Positions 36,401-45,267 of a stretch of 64,000 nucleotides of DNA are shown piece by piece. The notes below the pieces were generated by a model. The model was not told where the DNA came from and did no database searches. It saw only the letters and a list, made by a program, of their open reading frames with translations. The DNA is from a virus. The first letter of the stretch is position 1; each line of letters opens with the position of its first letter. Both the position numbers and the translations under genes were made by a program. The stretch covers positions 1 through 64,000 of the IMG/VR virus record IMGVR_UViG_3300008262_000014; one strand, 5' to 3'.

Positions 36401-39228
36401 TTAGACGTTAATCCACTTTGGAATAAAACATTTCCTGTTACGGTACCACCAGATAGTGGTAAATAATCATTGACTACTGAAGATATTGTATTTGCAGTTA
36501 AACCTGTTATGTTTAAAAATATTCTAAATCCACCACCGGTATTATAACCAAAATAAAGTACGTTGTATCTATTATCAAAACTACCACCTGAAATAAATTT
36601 ATCCGCCGTTAATTTTTCAATATCGGCATACTTTAAAACACCATCATCTTCAACTATGATAACCGTATTTCCTGTTGATGGTTGTAACCCTTGTATTCTA
36701 ACTGGATTTGTTGCACCTGTAATATGTAACAAATTTGTTGGTGATGTTGTACCAATACCAACATTTGTACCGTCATATGTAAATCCACTACTACCTGTTA
36801 ATATTCCGTTACTATTGTATATTACTTGTTTATTCGATCCAACACCATAAAATGTTCCACCACTTATTGTTGTTGCGGATATTGTATTTGCACTTAAATT
36901 ATTTAAATTTAAACCATTTAGGTTTGTGTTTCCTGTAACAGTTAAATCCCCATTAACAGTTAATCCTGTCATCACATCAATACTTGTGTTAAATGTGTTT
37001 CCAGAATTATCTTTTATTGTGAGTGTATTATTAAGATATGTGAATCCAGTTACGTATGTATCTGCGGTTACAGTATTCAAAACATCTGATATGTTTCTAT
37101 ATTGTATAGTATTTCCTGTATTTAATGTTAATATTTTAACATCATTTAAACCTAAATTAACAGTATCTAACTGAACAGTATTACTGAACCTACTAGTTCC
37201 ATTAACATCAAATTGATACGTACTATTTAATACATTCACACCAACTTTAGCATTAAATCTTAAGTAATCATTCGTGAAATCACCCCATATTAATGGTGTT
37301 GATGTGTCGGTATTATCGATATATAATAAATTCGATCCTGTTTCTAATCTACCACTATTTGTACCAATAAAGACATTACCACTACTTGTGGTTCCGTTTC
37401 TACCTGATCTATATCCAATGTAAACATTATCACTACCTGATTGATTTAACGCACCCGCACTTTTACCATATATAGTATTATTGTCACCTGTCTTATTAAA
37501 TTGAAACGAATTTGTTCCAGTAATTACGTTAAATCTTCCAGTTGTCTTATCTAAAGCAGCACCATTCCCTATGAAAATGTTGTCATCACCTGTTGTACCT
37601 GTTCCCCCCGTAAAACTTGTTGCAACATTTTCGCCGATAGCTATATTAAATTTTCCATTAATTAAAGACATTAGAGCCCTATCACCTATTGCCGTGTTTC
37701 TAAACCCTATTGTTACGGCAGAAAGGGCATTACTACCAAAAGCTGTATTTGCATATGTTGCAATTGCATTTTTACCACTATTTAATCCAAAATATAGTGA
37801 AGGTGATATTGGTACCTCAACTGTACTATAAGTCCCTCTAATTTCAAATATAGTATTACCCGAAGAGTCTATTCCATTTAAAAAAGAATCATTTATATTA
37901 GACCCTAATTTTAAAGATAGGGTATTTCCACTTAAATCAACAACCCTATTTGATTGTAAAGAACCATCAACGGTATATATATTGTCTATATTAGTTAAAT
38001 TAGATCCATCACCATAAAATGTTCCACCACTTATTGTTGTTGCAGACAATGTACCATTAACAGTTAATCCGGTAAATTGATCAATCGTAACATTGAAAGT
38101 GTTACCTGAATTATCACTTAAAGAAAGTTTATTATCATTATATGTGAAACCTGTTAGGTACGTATTGGGATCTATGGGTAAATTTTCGTAGGTTGTTGCA
38201 TATATTGTATTTGCAGTTAAACCACTTTGAAATATAACGTCACCAGTTACAGTACCTCCACTTGTTTGGAGATACGGAAAGTTTGTTTGTCCTGTAAAAT
38301 TAATACCAAAATTAGGATATGAACCTGTAATTTCTAATCCAGTTCCACCAGATATTGTGACAGTCCGGTCAGGTAAAGTATTTGTAATTGTGAAGTTAGG
38401 GTATGTACCACCCGTCAATATTCCAGTACCACCACTAATAGTCACCACCTGATCTGGTAATGTGTTTATTAAAACAACATTTCCGGTTGTACTATTCCCT
38501 GAAAGTCCTGTACCACCACTAACAGACAATACGATATTTGTTAAATTACCACCATTACCATAAAATGTTGACCCACTTATTGTTGTTGCGGATATTGTGT
38601 TGGCATTTAATTTATTTAAATTTAACACATTAAGATTTGTATCACCTGTAACTGTCAAATTACCATTAACAGTTAAACCAGTTACTTTATTAATTATTGC
38701 GTTAAATGTTCCACCTGTATTATCAGATATTGTAAACGTATTTGTGTCGTTATATCCAAAATTTGTAACATAAGTATCGGGATCTATTGGAAGGTTTTGA
38801 TAAGTTGTTGCCGATATTGTTGTTGCGGTAAATCCACCAAAGAGATTTGTATTCCCATTAACGGTTAGATTACCATTAATTGTTAACCCTGTTAATATAT
38901 TAAACGATGCGGTTAAAGTATAACCAGATCTATCAACAATTGTGAATGTATTTGCATTATTATATGTAAATCCGGTGGTATATCTATCAAAATCATATTC
39001 AAAACCACTAATTGTAATGGTATTACCACTATTACTAGTTAATGTTAGTACTCCCTGACTAAAAGATCCTCCATTTAAGTACAAGTCACTTATAGATACA
39101 CCTGATAAAAATATATTTTCAGAATAAATTGCATTTATAGGTCCATCAATTTTACCTATATCAACCGTATATCCTGAAGGTACGGTTATTGTGTCTATTT
39201 GGGACCAATTTATTTTTTGTAGTGCCAT
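33445..39228 (-). CDS. Long tail fibre / trimeric adhesin-like protein
   Basis: 1927 aa, G/T/S/N-rich; repeats TISATTISGGTFYG, TGLTVNG, SNFIGNSAG; GIGT..P...LH chaperone-adjacent-type motifs. Confidence 0.85.
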   Translation of the reverse strand: MALQKINWSQIDTITVPSGYTVDIGKIDGPINAIYSENIFLSGVSISDLYLNGGSFSQGVLTLTSNSGNTITISGFEYDFDRYTTGFTYNNANTFTIVDRSGYTLTASFNILTGLTINGNLTVNGNTNLFGGFTATTISATTYQNLPIDPDTYVTNFGYNDTNTFTISDNTGGTFNAIINKVTGLTVNGNLTVTGDTNLNVLNLNKLNANTISATTISGSTFYGNGGNLTNIVLSVSGGTGLSGNSTTGNVVLINTLPDQVVTISGGTGILTGGTYPNFTITNTLPDRTVTISGGTGLEITGSYPNFGINFTGQTNFPYLQTSGGTVTGDVIFQSGLTANTIYATTYENLPIDPNTYLTGFTYNDNKLSLSDNSGNTFNVTIDQFTGLTVNGTLSATTISGGTFYGDGSNLTNIDNIYTVDGSLQSNRVVDLSGNTLSLKLGSNINDSFLNGIDSSGNTIFEIRGTYSTVEVPISPSLYFGLNSGKNAIATYANTAFGSNALSAVTIGFRNTAIGDRALMSLINGKFNIAIGENVATSFTGGTGTTGDDNIFIGNGAALDKTTGRFNVITGTNSFQFNKTGDNNTIYGKSAGALNQSGSDNVYIGYRSGRNGTTSSGNVFIGTNSGRLETGSNLLYIDNTDTSTPLIWGDFTNDYLRFNAKVGVNVLNSTYQFDVNGTSRFSNTVQLDTVNLGLNDVKILTLNTGNTIQYRNISDVLNTVTADTYVTGFTYLNNTLTIKDNSGNTFNTSIDVMTGLTVNGDLTVTGNTNLNGLNLNNLSANTISATTISGGTFYGVGSNKQVIYNSNGILTGSSGFTYDGTNVGIGTTSPTNLLHITGATNPVRIQGLQPSTGNTVIIVEDDGVLKYADIEKLTADKFISGGSFDNRYNVLYFGYNTGGGFRIFLNITGLTANTISSVVNDYLPLSGGTVTGNVLFQSGLTSNTISATTISGGTFYGDGRNLEGVPKWYSESSETPGVLPYLKPVVVTGSSGSGSFALGQNTESLSFDQISFGSYAGRSTTGASRSTFIGYSAGSNGNDNDNSNFIGEVAGSSAKNAYKSNFIGNSAGYNSLNAGFSNFIGANAGYGVTGVTYIGFDRQVKGFDSNFIGNSAGSNAVYASGSTFMGTGAGSNATNASFSNFIGYLAGNNSTNASYSTLIGFNVGTPRFGFSKIGKNNIIIGNSITLPNGTTDSINIGGVLFGTNTNFDTSGGSPSDSPTSNGKIGIGVVSPLNRLHVEDTSDPIRLVGLQSGTTDTRILSSDDNGVIKYRNISDFANIYNSNGTLNSDRTLSTTSGYTLTINPQTTFSPTINAPTGTTIGTLFSPIIGATTTGTSTYVGVDISPTYTGSTSNRTYIDLRTKNAGVVIGSSYGYGSIYGNSNDGIVEISDESTTLNPFRTRLTFRPAGNTGGFNGNWWSWMEQEGYKFRIYAGNFTTGQLSGEWLVGGPSDNTSTFGAYFRNNGNIIIGSTTDSGHKFDSYGVTRIQSNFGVGTISTPSQPSATVSAIGGSLTGDTTGTTYSYRIVAVDNLNYTTPAGTATSVTISGGTTNSVQLTWTAIYGVSQYRIYRTNPWNGTNRYYTTFTTEFSTTTLSYTDTGLSPSCDGSGCNPPSLNQTLRTNISSTGNLHVNGNGVVTQNLRVGGFEINTTSTTQPTAYVGLWRRPGNNNVTFIIEDEQGGAKDKWAFVRRGGYGLTRSYFQGNSSIVNINLGWESPNTNGWDANTLLIDPVINNTSIYTTTIRGIYYNPTLSGMTGVTHIAYQNTTGTNILNSVSGNTLIGTTVDSGNKLFVSGSTNPVRFGGLQSGNTDTRILTSDSNGVIRYRNLDSITGINTYTTTGITVSSQTLTTSISYYGVSYSGNVNLTLPSPVNNDGASIIIKDEGGYSGTYRIRLIPPTGTIDGGSYADMNINYISLTLIARNNNWWII

Positions 39229-39266
39229 ATAAAAAGTAAAGTCTTTATATAAATACTTTTATATGG
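39225..39266 (-). promoter_or_regulatory. Start-codon-occluding hairpin containing the putative late promoter
   Basis: CCATATAAAAAGTA/TACTTTTATATGG (13 bp, one bulge) includes the ATG at 39228; TATTTATA at 39248-39255. Confidence 0.65.
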
Positions 39267-39276
39267 TTTAATTAAT

Positions 39277-39302
39277 AAAAAAAGGAGGAAAAACCTCCTT
39301 TT
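39277..39302. terminator. Intrinsic terminator
   Basis: AAAAGGAGG-aaaaa-CCTCCTTTT just after the glutaredoxin stop. Confidence 0.8.
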
Positions 39303-39576
39303 ATTTAAAAAAATATCTTGATATTATATCTACAATCTCATCTTCAGTTTCATAATCTATGCTTGGAATATATATGTCTCCCGTATCCGATCCTTCTGGT
39401 GTGATAAATGTAGTGGGTAAAAATTCATGTTTTATTTGTTTAACCACCTCATCCCATAAATCTTTATTATCTGTAATTTCAAGATCAATATAAGGAATTG
39501 AAATTCTATCTAATCTATTTTTAAGACTTGAACAGTGTATACACCCATTTAGGGTAAAAATAAACACTTTAGGCAT
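39301..39576 (-). CDS. Glutaredoxin-like protein
   Basis: FTLNGCIHC (CxxC), LPT. Confidence 0.85.
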   Translation of the reverse strand: MPKVFIFTLNGCIHCSSLKNRLDRISIPYIDLEITDNKDLWDEVVKQIKHEFLPTTFITPEGSDTGDIYIPSIDYETEDEIVDIISRYFFK

Positions 39577-39886
39577 TATTTTTAATTTTATCTAGAAATT
39601 CTTTATAATAAGAATCCATCTTCGCACCATTCGATCTATCTATTAGATTTTGTCCATCGTAAATGAAAACAGTTGGAACAGAATTTATACCTAATTCCAT
39701 TGTGGCTTCTCTATTTTCATCAACATCAACTTTTAAAAATTTAAAATCAGGATAATCTTTTGATATATTTTCTAATCTCGGTGTTAATGATTTACATGGT
39801 CCACACCATTTAGCGGAGTAACTTACCAAAATTTTATTACCTTCAGATTGTAGTTGTTTAACAACACTTGCATTTACATTTTCCAT
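39569..39886 (-). CDS. trxA: Thioredoxin
   Basis: WCGPCK, KVDVD, SVPT. Confidence 0.93.
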   Translation of the reverse strand: MENVNASVVKQLQSEGNKILVSYSAKWCGPCKSLTPRLENISKDYPDFKFLKVDVDENREATMELGINSVPTVFIYDGQNLIDRSNGAKMDSYYKEFLDKIKNNA

Positions 39887-39888
39887 AA

Positions 39889-40959
39889 TTAATTTATATT
39901 AAATCCTATTTTATTTTCTTTTTGTGTTTTATGAACTTCTATGTCAATATTATATATATCAGCTAAAATCATTGGTTGATTAACAACATGATTTTTATTC
40001 AATGATTTTAATAATTTATTAGTTTCATCTACAGACAAAGGTGAAAATTTGTGTTCAGCAATTAATCTTCCCTTTCTAAGTAAAGCGTTATCAATTTTTT
40101 CTCTTTTCATATTAAATGTCGCTATTACTTGTATATTTAAACAATCTCCAAGTATTCCATCTGTTAAATTTAAAATATTAGATACACCTGCCGGTGATCC
40201 GTTACCTTCTCTATCTGATATAACTCGTTCAGCATCTTCAATTATTAGTACAGAATTTCTATGTTCCATCAAAAATGGGATAATTGATGGTTCCGATATT
40301 GCCTCCGCCATTGATGGTGGAATAAATAAAATTTCTTTTGAATCAATTAATTTGGTAAGGTATTTTAGATATGATGTTTTACCGGTACCGGGATCACCGT
40401 GTAATAAAATAATACCCTTATCGTTGTCGTTGTTTAGTCTATTGATAATTGTCTCATGTATTTTAACAAAAGATTTCCCATAATTCAATTCTAAATCAAT
40501 TTCAGGTATAGTTAAATCATATTCTTCTGTATCTAAATGACCCATTTCACTTTTAACTAAACTAATATTAAGTTTCTTTTTAGATTTTTCATATTTTTTT
40601 AATTTTTCAAAATCTACTTGTTCAGTTATTTCGCCATTTTTTATATCATAAAAAATTTCAAATTGGTAATATCCATCTAATTTACCTTCATTTATCATTT
40701 TTGCAATTATATTATTCTTCTTATTGATGAATATAAACTGTATACTTTGTCTATTAGATTTCCCAATTGAGTTATTTTTATACTCGAGAACAAATCCATT
40801 TGTGACTAAAAAGGTAGATAACGTAATGTCATAAAAAATAGAGTAATTGGAATGCTTAGAAGGAATTGAATCAAATTGATTTATAAATAATTGTTCAAGA
40901 GGAAAATCGTTTCCGTATACAGTGTCGTATAAAGGATAATTTATTGGTAATTTAGGCAT
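39889..40959 (-). CDS. AAA+ ATPase
   Basis: GDPGTGKT Walker A, LIIEDAE Walker B, ALLRKGR arginine finger. Confidence 0.9.
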   Translation of the reverse strand: MPKLPINYPLYDTVYGNDFPLEQLFINQFDSIPSKHSNYSIFYDITLSTFLVTNGFVLEYKNNSIGKSNRQSIQFIFINKKNNIIAKMINEGKLDGYYQFEIFYDIKNGEITEQVDFEKLKKYEKSKKKLNISLVKSEMGHLDTEEYDLTIPEIDLELNYGKSFVKIHETIINRLNNDNDKGIILLHGDPGTGKTSYLKYLTKLIDSKEILFIPPSMAEAISEPSIIPFLMEHRNSVLIIEDAERVISDREGNGSPAGVSNILNLTDGILGDCLNIQVIATFNMKREKIDNALLRKGRLIAEHKFSPLSVDETNKLLKSLNKNHVVNQPMILADIYNIDIEVHKTQKENKIGFNIN

Positions 40960-40995
40960 GTTACAATAATATGTAAAATATTTTATTTAAAAAAA

Positions 40996-41325
40996 TTAAT
41001 TCAAACAAATTTTACCAAAATTTTTTAAATCAATAAAAATATTTTTTTCCTTTTCATAAGATTCTATCTTATCATCTTCGTAAGATGGAGATTTTCTTTT
41101 AGTGACATTAATATTGATAATCAATAATCTTTTCCTTATTGACTCAAACTGTTCTTTAGTTAAAATTGGTTCACCTTCCTTTTCGAAATTTTTTTGTGAT
41201 ATCTCTGTGAGATATTTAAAAAATAATTCCTCATCAATTTCATTTAAAAAATAATTTCGTGCTTCGATATCATTCTTGAAAAATTTTTTTACATTTTGCA
41301 CATAAATTAAAACTTCAGGTGACAT
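40996..41325 (-). CDS. Hypothetical protein
   Basis: 109-aa ORF. Confidence 0.7.
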   Translation of the reverse strand: MSPEVLIYVQNVKKFFKNDIEARNYFLNEIDEELFFKYLTEISQKNFEKEGEPILTKEQFESIRKRLLIININVTKRKSPSYEDDKIESYEKEKNIFIDLKNFGKICLN

Positions 41326-41330
41326 TTTAT

Positions 41331-41852
41331 TTATTTTTTAATTTGTGTTATTAATAAAGAAACTGGTGTATTCCTACCAAAAATTTTTACATCAACATCT
41401 ACTTTATCATCTTTAATTGAAGAAATGACACCAATGAAACCAAGAAACGGGCCATCAATAACGGTAATTGTCTCACCGATTTCATATTTTAGTTTTTTAT
41501 TAACTTTATGTTCGACTAATAAATCATCTTTAATTATTCTATCAACATCGTTCTTTCTCATTAATAATGGTTTTTTATCACCCATCATACCCATAATATT
41601 TGGTATTGAAGATATTTCTTTTAATTCATCCTCATTCATTTCCTTTTTTGCCTCAAAATACAAGTAACCATTATATATTACTTTTTCTCTTAACACTTTC
41701 TTGTCCTTAACAGTCACCAATTCACTATCTGTTGGACAGATAAACCTTATAATATTTTTAATATTACCTAGTGATATTTGTATATTGTATTGTTCATTCA
41801 ATTGTCTTTCTTTACCGGGTAATACTTTAATAACATACCAAAATGTATCCAT
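41331..41852 (-). CDS. nusG: Transcription elongation/antitermination factor NusG
   Basis: WYVIKVLPGKE NGN domain, GYLY, KOW domain VIDGPF.GF.G...VKIFGRNTPV. Confidence 0.92.
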   Translation of the reverse strand: MDTFWYVIKVLPGKERQLNEQYNIQISLGNIKNIIRFICPTDSELVTVKDKKVLREKVIYNGYLYFEAKKEMNEDELKEISSIPNIMGMMGDKKPLLMRKNDVDRIIKDDLLVEHKVNKKLKYEIGETITVIDGPFLGFIGVISSIKDDKVDVDVKIFGRNTPVSLLITQIKK

Positions 41853-41873
41853 ATTCTTTATTTTATAAATATT

Positions 41874-42719
41874 TCAAAAATAGTTCATTATGAGCAATTC
41901 AGTACCTTCATTTTGAGTACCGTCTTTTTTAGCCGCCGCGGCTTTTTTAAAATTTTTACTTTCCCATCTGTATTGATTTTGTGGGAACCATGTGTGTAAC
42001 AATTCAAAATCATAATACGAAAGTGAGAATTTACCTTCTATATTTTTTAAAGTGTTAGCCAATCTTTCGTGATCGTTTCTATCGAAATCATGATTGGAAT
42101 AATAATTTTCGGTTTTCCAATATGGTGGATCCATATAAAAATATGTTGTTGGTGAATCATATTTCTTAACAACATCTTCAAAATCCATATTTTCAATAAA
42201 TGTTATTTTATCAAAATGTTCTCTATATTTAGGATTTTTTAATTTATCCATGAATATAAGAACTTTACAACGATATTTTCCTTTATAATCAGTATACGAT
42301 GAAGTTTCTGGTTTTGATCCTGAAAAAACTTGTGTTAAAACATATACATATTTACACGCAATTTCAAATTTATTTTCTTCAGTAATAATTAATTCGGGAT
42401 TAAAAACTTCTTTTTGATATTGATCAAACATTTGTGAATATTCGGGTGGAGTATCAACAACACCTAATTGTTGACATGGATATTTTGAAAGTTCATCCCA
42501 AAGTCTATCATATTCTTTTGTACATTTTAATAGATTACTATTTAACTTATTAAAATCATTATAAACTACTGTTTTTAAATTTGGATATTGATTTAAATCC
42601 ATGTTATAAAATACCCAAAACATACCTGAAAACCCCTCCACATATGTTTCGATATCTTTAGGAATGAATGGTACTATCCATTTACCAATTCTAGCTTTAC
42701 CACCAATGTAAGAAATCAT
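41874..42719 (-). CDS. dam: Dam-like (D12 class) DNA adenine methyltransferase
   Basis: SYIGGK, YVEGFSG, YND, FYMDPPY, ELLIMNY. Confidence 0.88.
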   Translation of the reverse strand: MISYIGGKARIGKWIVPFIPKDIETYVEGFSGMFWVFYNMDLNQYPNLKTVVYNDFNKLNSNLLKCTKEYDRLWDELSKYPCQQLGVVDTPPEYSQMFDQYQKEVFNPELIITEENKFEIACKYVYVLTQVFSGSKPETSSYTDYKGKYRCKVLIFMDKLKNPKYREHFDKITFIENMDFEDVVKKYDSPTTYFYMDPPYWKTENYYSNHDFDRNDHERLANTLKNIEGKFSLSYYDFELLHTWFPQNQYRWESKNFKKAAAAKKDGTQNEGTELLIMNYF

Positions 42720-42773
42720 ATCTTTTTTTATTTAAAATAATATAAGAAAAAAAAATTAAAATAAGAAATCTGT

Positions 42774-42804
42774 TTTGAAATTAGTTAAAAATTGTGTATA
42801 TTTG
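42774..42804 (+). promoter_or_regulatory. Bacteroidota sigma70-type promoter (-33 TTTG, -7 TATATTTG)
   Basis: TTTG 42774-42777, 19-nt spacer, TATATTTG 42797-42804, ATG at 42808. Confidence 0.75.
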
Positions 42805-42807
42805 AGT

Positions 42808-42960
42808 ATGGCATGTAATGAATGTAAAAAGAAAAAAGAAGAAAGAATAAAGGCAGAAAAACAATTAGATATTGTTGAGAACTGGGTAATCTTGTTTATG
42901 GTTATTTGGTCGGCACTTGCAGTGTATGGTCTTATTTCTTTAATAGGGAAATTTTTATGA
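42808..42960 (+). CDS. Small membrane protein with N-terminal CxxC
   Basis: MACNECKKKK...C-terminal TM; start reassigned to the ATG after the promoter. Confidence 0.7.
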   Translation: MACNECKKKKEERIKAEKQLDIVENWVILFMVIWSALAVYGLISLIGKFL

Positions 42961-43595
42961 AAAATGGTAAATATTTTATAGTTCTTTTTTGTAATAAAAA
43001 AAGAGTTAAAATACTTTATCGTTGTATGAAAAGAACTAAGGTTTATGAATATTGGCGCGAATATAAAACACAAAAAAAACCTAGGTTCATAAAACTACAA
43101 GGAAATAAACGAAAGTTAGAACTCGTTTATGAATTAGCTCTTATTTTTCCAAACAACAGATGGGCCACTAAAACATATATTAAAGACAGTTTAGGTAGAA
43201 ATATTGAAGCTAAAATAGAGGATAATAAATTTAGGATAAAAGAAATTATACCATATTGGGAAGAAGAACTAGTATATGATTTTCAGATAAAAAAAAGAAT
43301 AAGATATGGGGAAATGATCGATCAAATAAAATCCATAAAAGATATTGCACAAATTTTCACATTAAATAATAAATTATTTGTTCAAATAGATAATGATGTT
43401 AAATTTTTTGGGAATAAAAATATTCCTGACACAAATAGATTATTTGAATTAGTTAAAGAAGACATTGTAAAATCAAAAAAAGGTAATTATATTTTTGTTA
43501 AAGATATCACAACTCACCAGAGAAAGCAATTATATAATTTATTGGAATCTAAGGGATATAAACGAAGTGAATTATTTAGACATTATTCATATTGA
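42957..43595 (+). CDS. Hypothetical protein
   Basis: Likely start MKNGKYF with ATGA overlap. Confidence 0.7.
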   Translation: MKNGKYFIVLFCNKKRVKILYRCMKRTKVYEYWREYKTQKKPRFIKLQGNKRKLELVYELALIFPNNRWATKTYIKDSLGRNIEAKIEDNKFRIKEIIPYWEEELVYDFQIKKRIRYGEMIDQIKSIKDIAQIFTLNNKLFVQIDNDVKFFGNKNIPDTNRLFELVKEDIVKSKKGNYIFVKDITTHQRKQLYNLLESKGYKRSELFRHYSY

Positions 43596-43815
43596 ATATA
43601 ATTTCAACCATACCAATATTAATTTTAAATGTGTCTTTTGGTTTATCTGTTTTTCTATTGAGTTTTTTTTCAACTAAATTAAAAATTCTATAAAATTCCT
43701 CTTGAGATAAATTAAAAATAATTGTTGACGATTTAATATCGGCATTTACTTTTTCAATTAAATCAGAAATAATTGCTAATTGATTTAATAATTCACCCTT
43801 TTTCTCCATATCCAA
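43576..43815 (-). CDS. Hypothetical protein
   Basis: 79-aa ORF. Confidence 0.65.
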   Translation of the reverse strand: MDMEKKGELLNQLAIISDLIEKVNADIKSSTIIFNLSQEEFYRIFNLVEKKLNRKTDKPKDTFKINIGMVEIIFNMNNV

Positions 43816-43996
43816 AAATCTTTAAAATTTTTTTAAAAAAAGTAAGTTTTTCTTTTGGTTCAGATTTGAACATTTCAGTTTTATTCAAATTTTTTATATC
43901 GTTAATTGTCTTCGTCTTGTGTTTCGAGATTTCTATATTGTCCTTCTTTATCTCCTTGTTCAACCATTCTAATCCCTGTTGAATTTTCTTGTCCAT
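43793..43996 (-). CDS. Hypothetical protein
   Basis: 67-aa ORF. Confidence 0.6.
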   Translation of the reverse strand: MDKKIQQGLEWLNKEIKKDNIEISKHKTKTINDIKNLNKTEMFKSEPKEKLTFFKKILKIFGYGEKG

Positions 43997-44357
43997 ATTC
44001 TTCTATTAATTTAATGTCTTTAAGTTTATCTAATGAACTATTTTGAAATAACAATTTCAATTCATTTACTTTTTGTTCAAATAATCTTCTTTTTTCCTCT
44101 TCTTCTTTATTTACAAGTATTATTTCATTTGCACAACCAATAACAACATCATACCCTTCTTTTGTTGCAACAGATATTAATGATATTAAATTAAATTTAT
44201 CACTTTTATCTTGAATTTTAAATTTAATTGATTTATAAGGTGAAATTATCTCTTCATATTTCCAAGAAGATGGTAACTTAAGATCTAAGCTAACATTATT
44301 TTCTAATTCTCTTAAAGAGAAGAAATATGGTTTAAGGGTTTTAATTATATCAAACAT
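43902..44357 (-). CDS. Hypothetical protein
   Basis: 151-aa ORF with coiled-coil C-terminus. Confidence 0.7.
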   Translation of the reverse strand: MFDIIKTLKPYFFSLRELENNVSLDLKLPSSWKYEEIISPYKSIKFKIQDKSDKFNLISLISVATKEGYDVVIGCANEIILVNKEEEEKRRLFEQKVNELKLLFQNSSLDKLKDIKLIEEYGQENSTGIRMVEQGDKEGQYRNLETQDEDN

Positions 44358-44360
44358 ATA

Positions 44361-44543
44361 TTAATTAATAAAAAAATAAGTTATAAAATAAGATATTGAA
44401 AAATATAAAAAAACTTGATCTATTTTTGATATCTTTAGTATAGTCGGGTTTTCCTGAAAAAGTTTTACTACAAACTCTATTATAAATCTAAAATTATAGA
44501 TTAAACTTAATATAAATAAAAATAATTTAATTTGTTCCATCAT
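44361..44543 (-). CDS. Small membrane protein
   Basis: Two hydrophobic segments. Confidence 0.6.
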   Translation of the reverse strand: MMEQIKLFLFILSLIYNFRFIIEFVVKLFQENPTILKISKIDQVFLYFSISYFITYFFIN

Positions 44544-44724
44544 TTTTTTTATGTTTTTTTATTTCTTCTAATATTTCTTTACGAAATATTTTTGTTAGAT
44601 CTTTTAATTCCTGAGCATATTTTCTGGCTCTTATTGACGCACTGTGGTTACCCTTTTTGAATACCTTATATGTGTCAACTGACATCTTTTCAACAATATC
44701 CTTTATGGTATTTAATGTTTCCAT
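44527..44724 (-). CDS. Hc1-like ('histone H1'-annotated) nucleoid protein of Bacteroidota type
   Basis: KGNHSASIRARKYAQELKDLTKIFRKE resembles KGNKAAGTRARK..EL..L.K.FRK; likely start METLN. Confidence 0.75.
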   Translation of the reverse strand: METLNTIKDIVEKMSVDTYKVFKKGNHSASIRARKYAQELKDLTKIFRKEILEEIKKHKKNDGTN

Positions 44725-44762
44725 AATTATTATGTTTTTAATATCAAAATAAGGAAAAAAAA

Positions 44763-45224
44763 TCACTTTTTCAAGTTTTGATCCATTATTCTATAAACAT
44801 CTTTTACCATGTCTAATTCGGATCTTGTTTTTATATGATCAAAATTGAATAATTTGTTTAAATATTCTTCTATACGAATTTCTTTATTCTCTATTTTATT
44901 AAAATAGAAAGCTTCTAAAAAAAAATTCCAAAAATATTCATGGTAATTTCCTCTTTCTTTAAAATAAATCCTTTCTTTACTAAAATCTTTAATTATTTTG
45001 TCCCAACACCAATTAAAATGACCTTTTATTTGATCTTCAGTTATTACAACATCCGACCCTAAATATGTTTTTTCTATTAAATCGTATAATGAAAATAAAA
45101 AGTCGTGAAATAGTTGCATTTTTTCACGACTTATATTATATGCCTTGTACCAAATTTCTATTTGGTATTTATAATTTTCAAATGAAGATAAATCAACAAA
45201 TTCTTTTTTATTTTCCATAATCAT
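44763..45224 (-). CDS. Hypothetical protein
   Basis: 153-aa ORF. Confidence 0.7.
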   Translation of the reverse strand: MIMENKKEFVDLSSFENYKYQIEIWYKAYNISREKMQLFHDFLFSLYDLIEKTYLGSDVVITEDQIKGHFNWCWDKIIKDFSKERIYFKERGNYHEYFWNFFLEAFYFNKIENKEIRIEEYLNKLFNFDHIKTRSELDMVKDVYRIMDQNLKK

Positions 45225-45267
45225 TATATTTTATAATATAAGAATAAAAGAAAATAAAAAAAAGAAA

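Noticed and set aside
33445-39228. Diversity-generating retroelement target in the fibre repeats
   Set aside because: No reverse transcriptase in the window and no adenine-specific TR/VR pair noticed; repeats are in-frame structural modules
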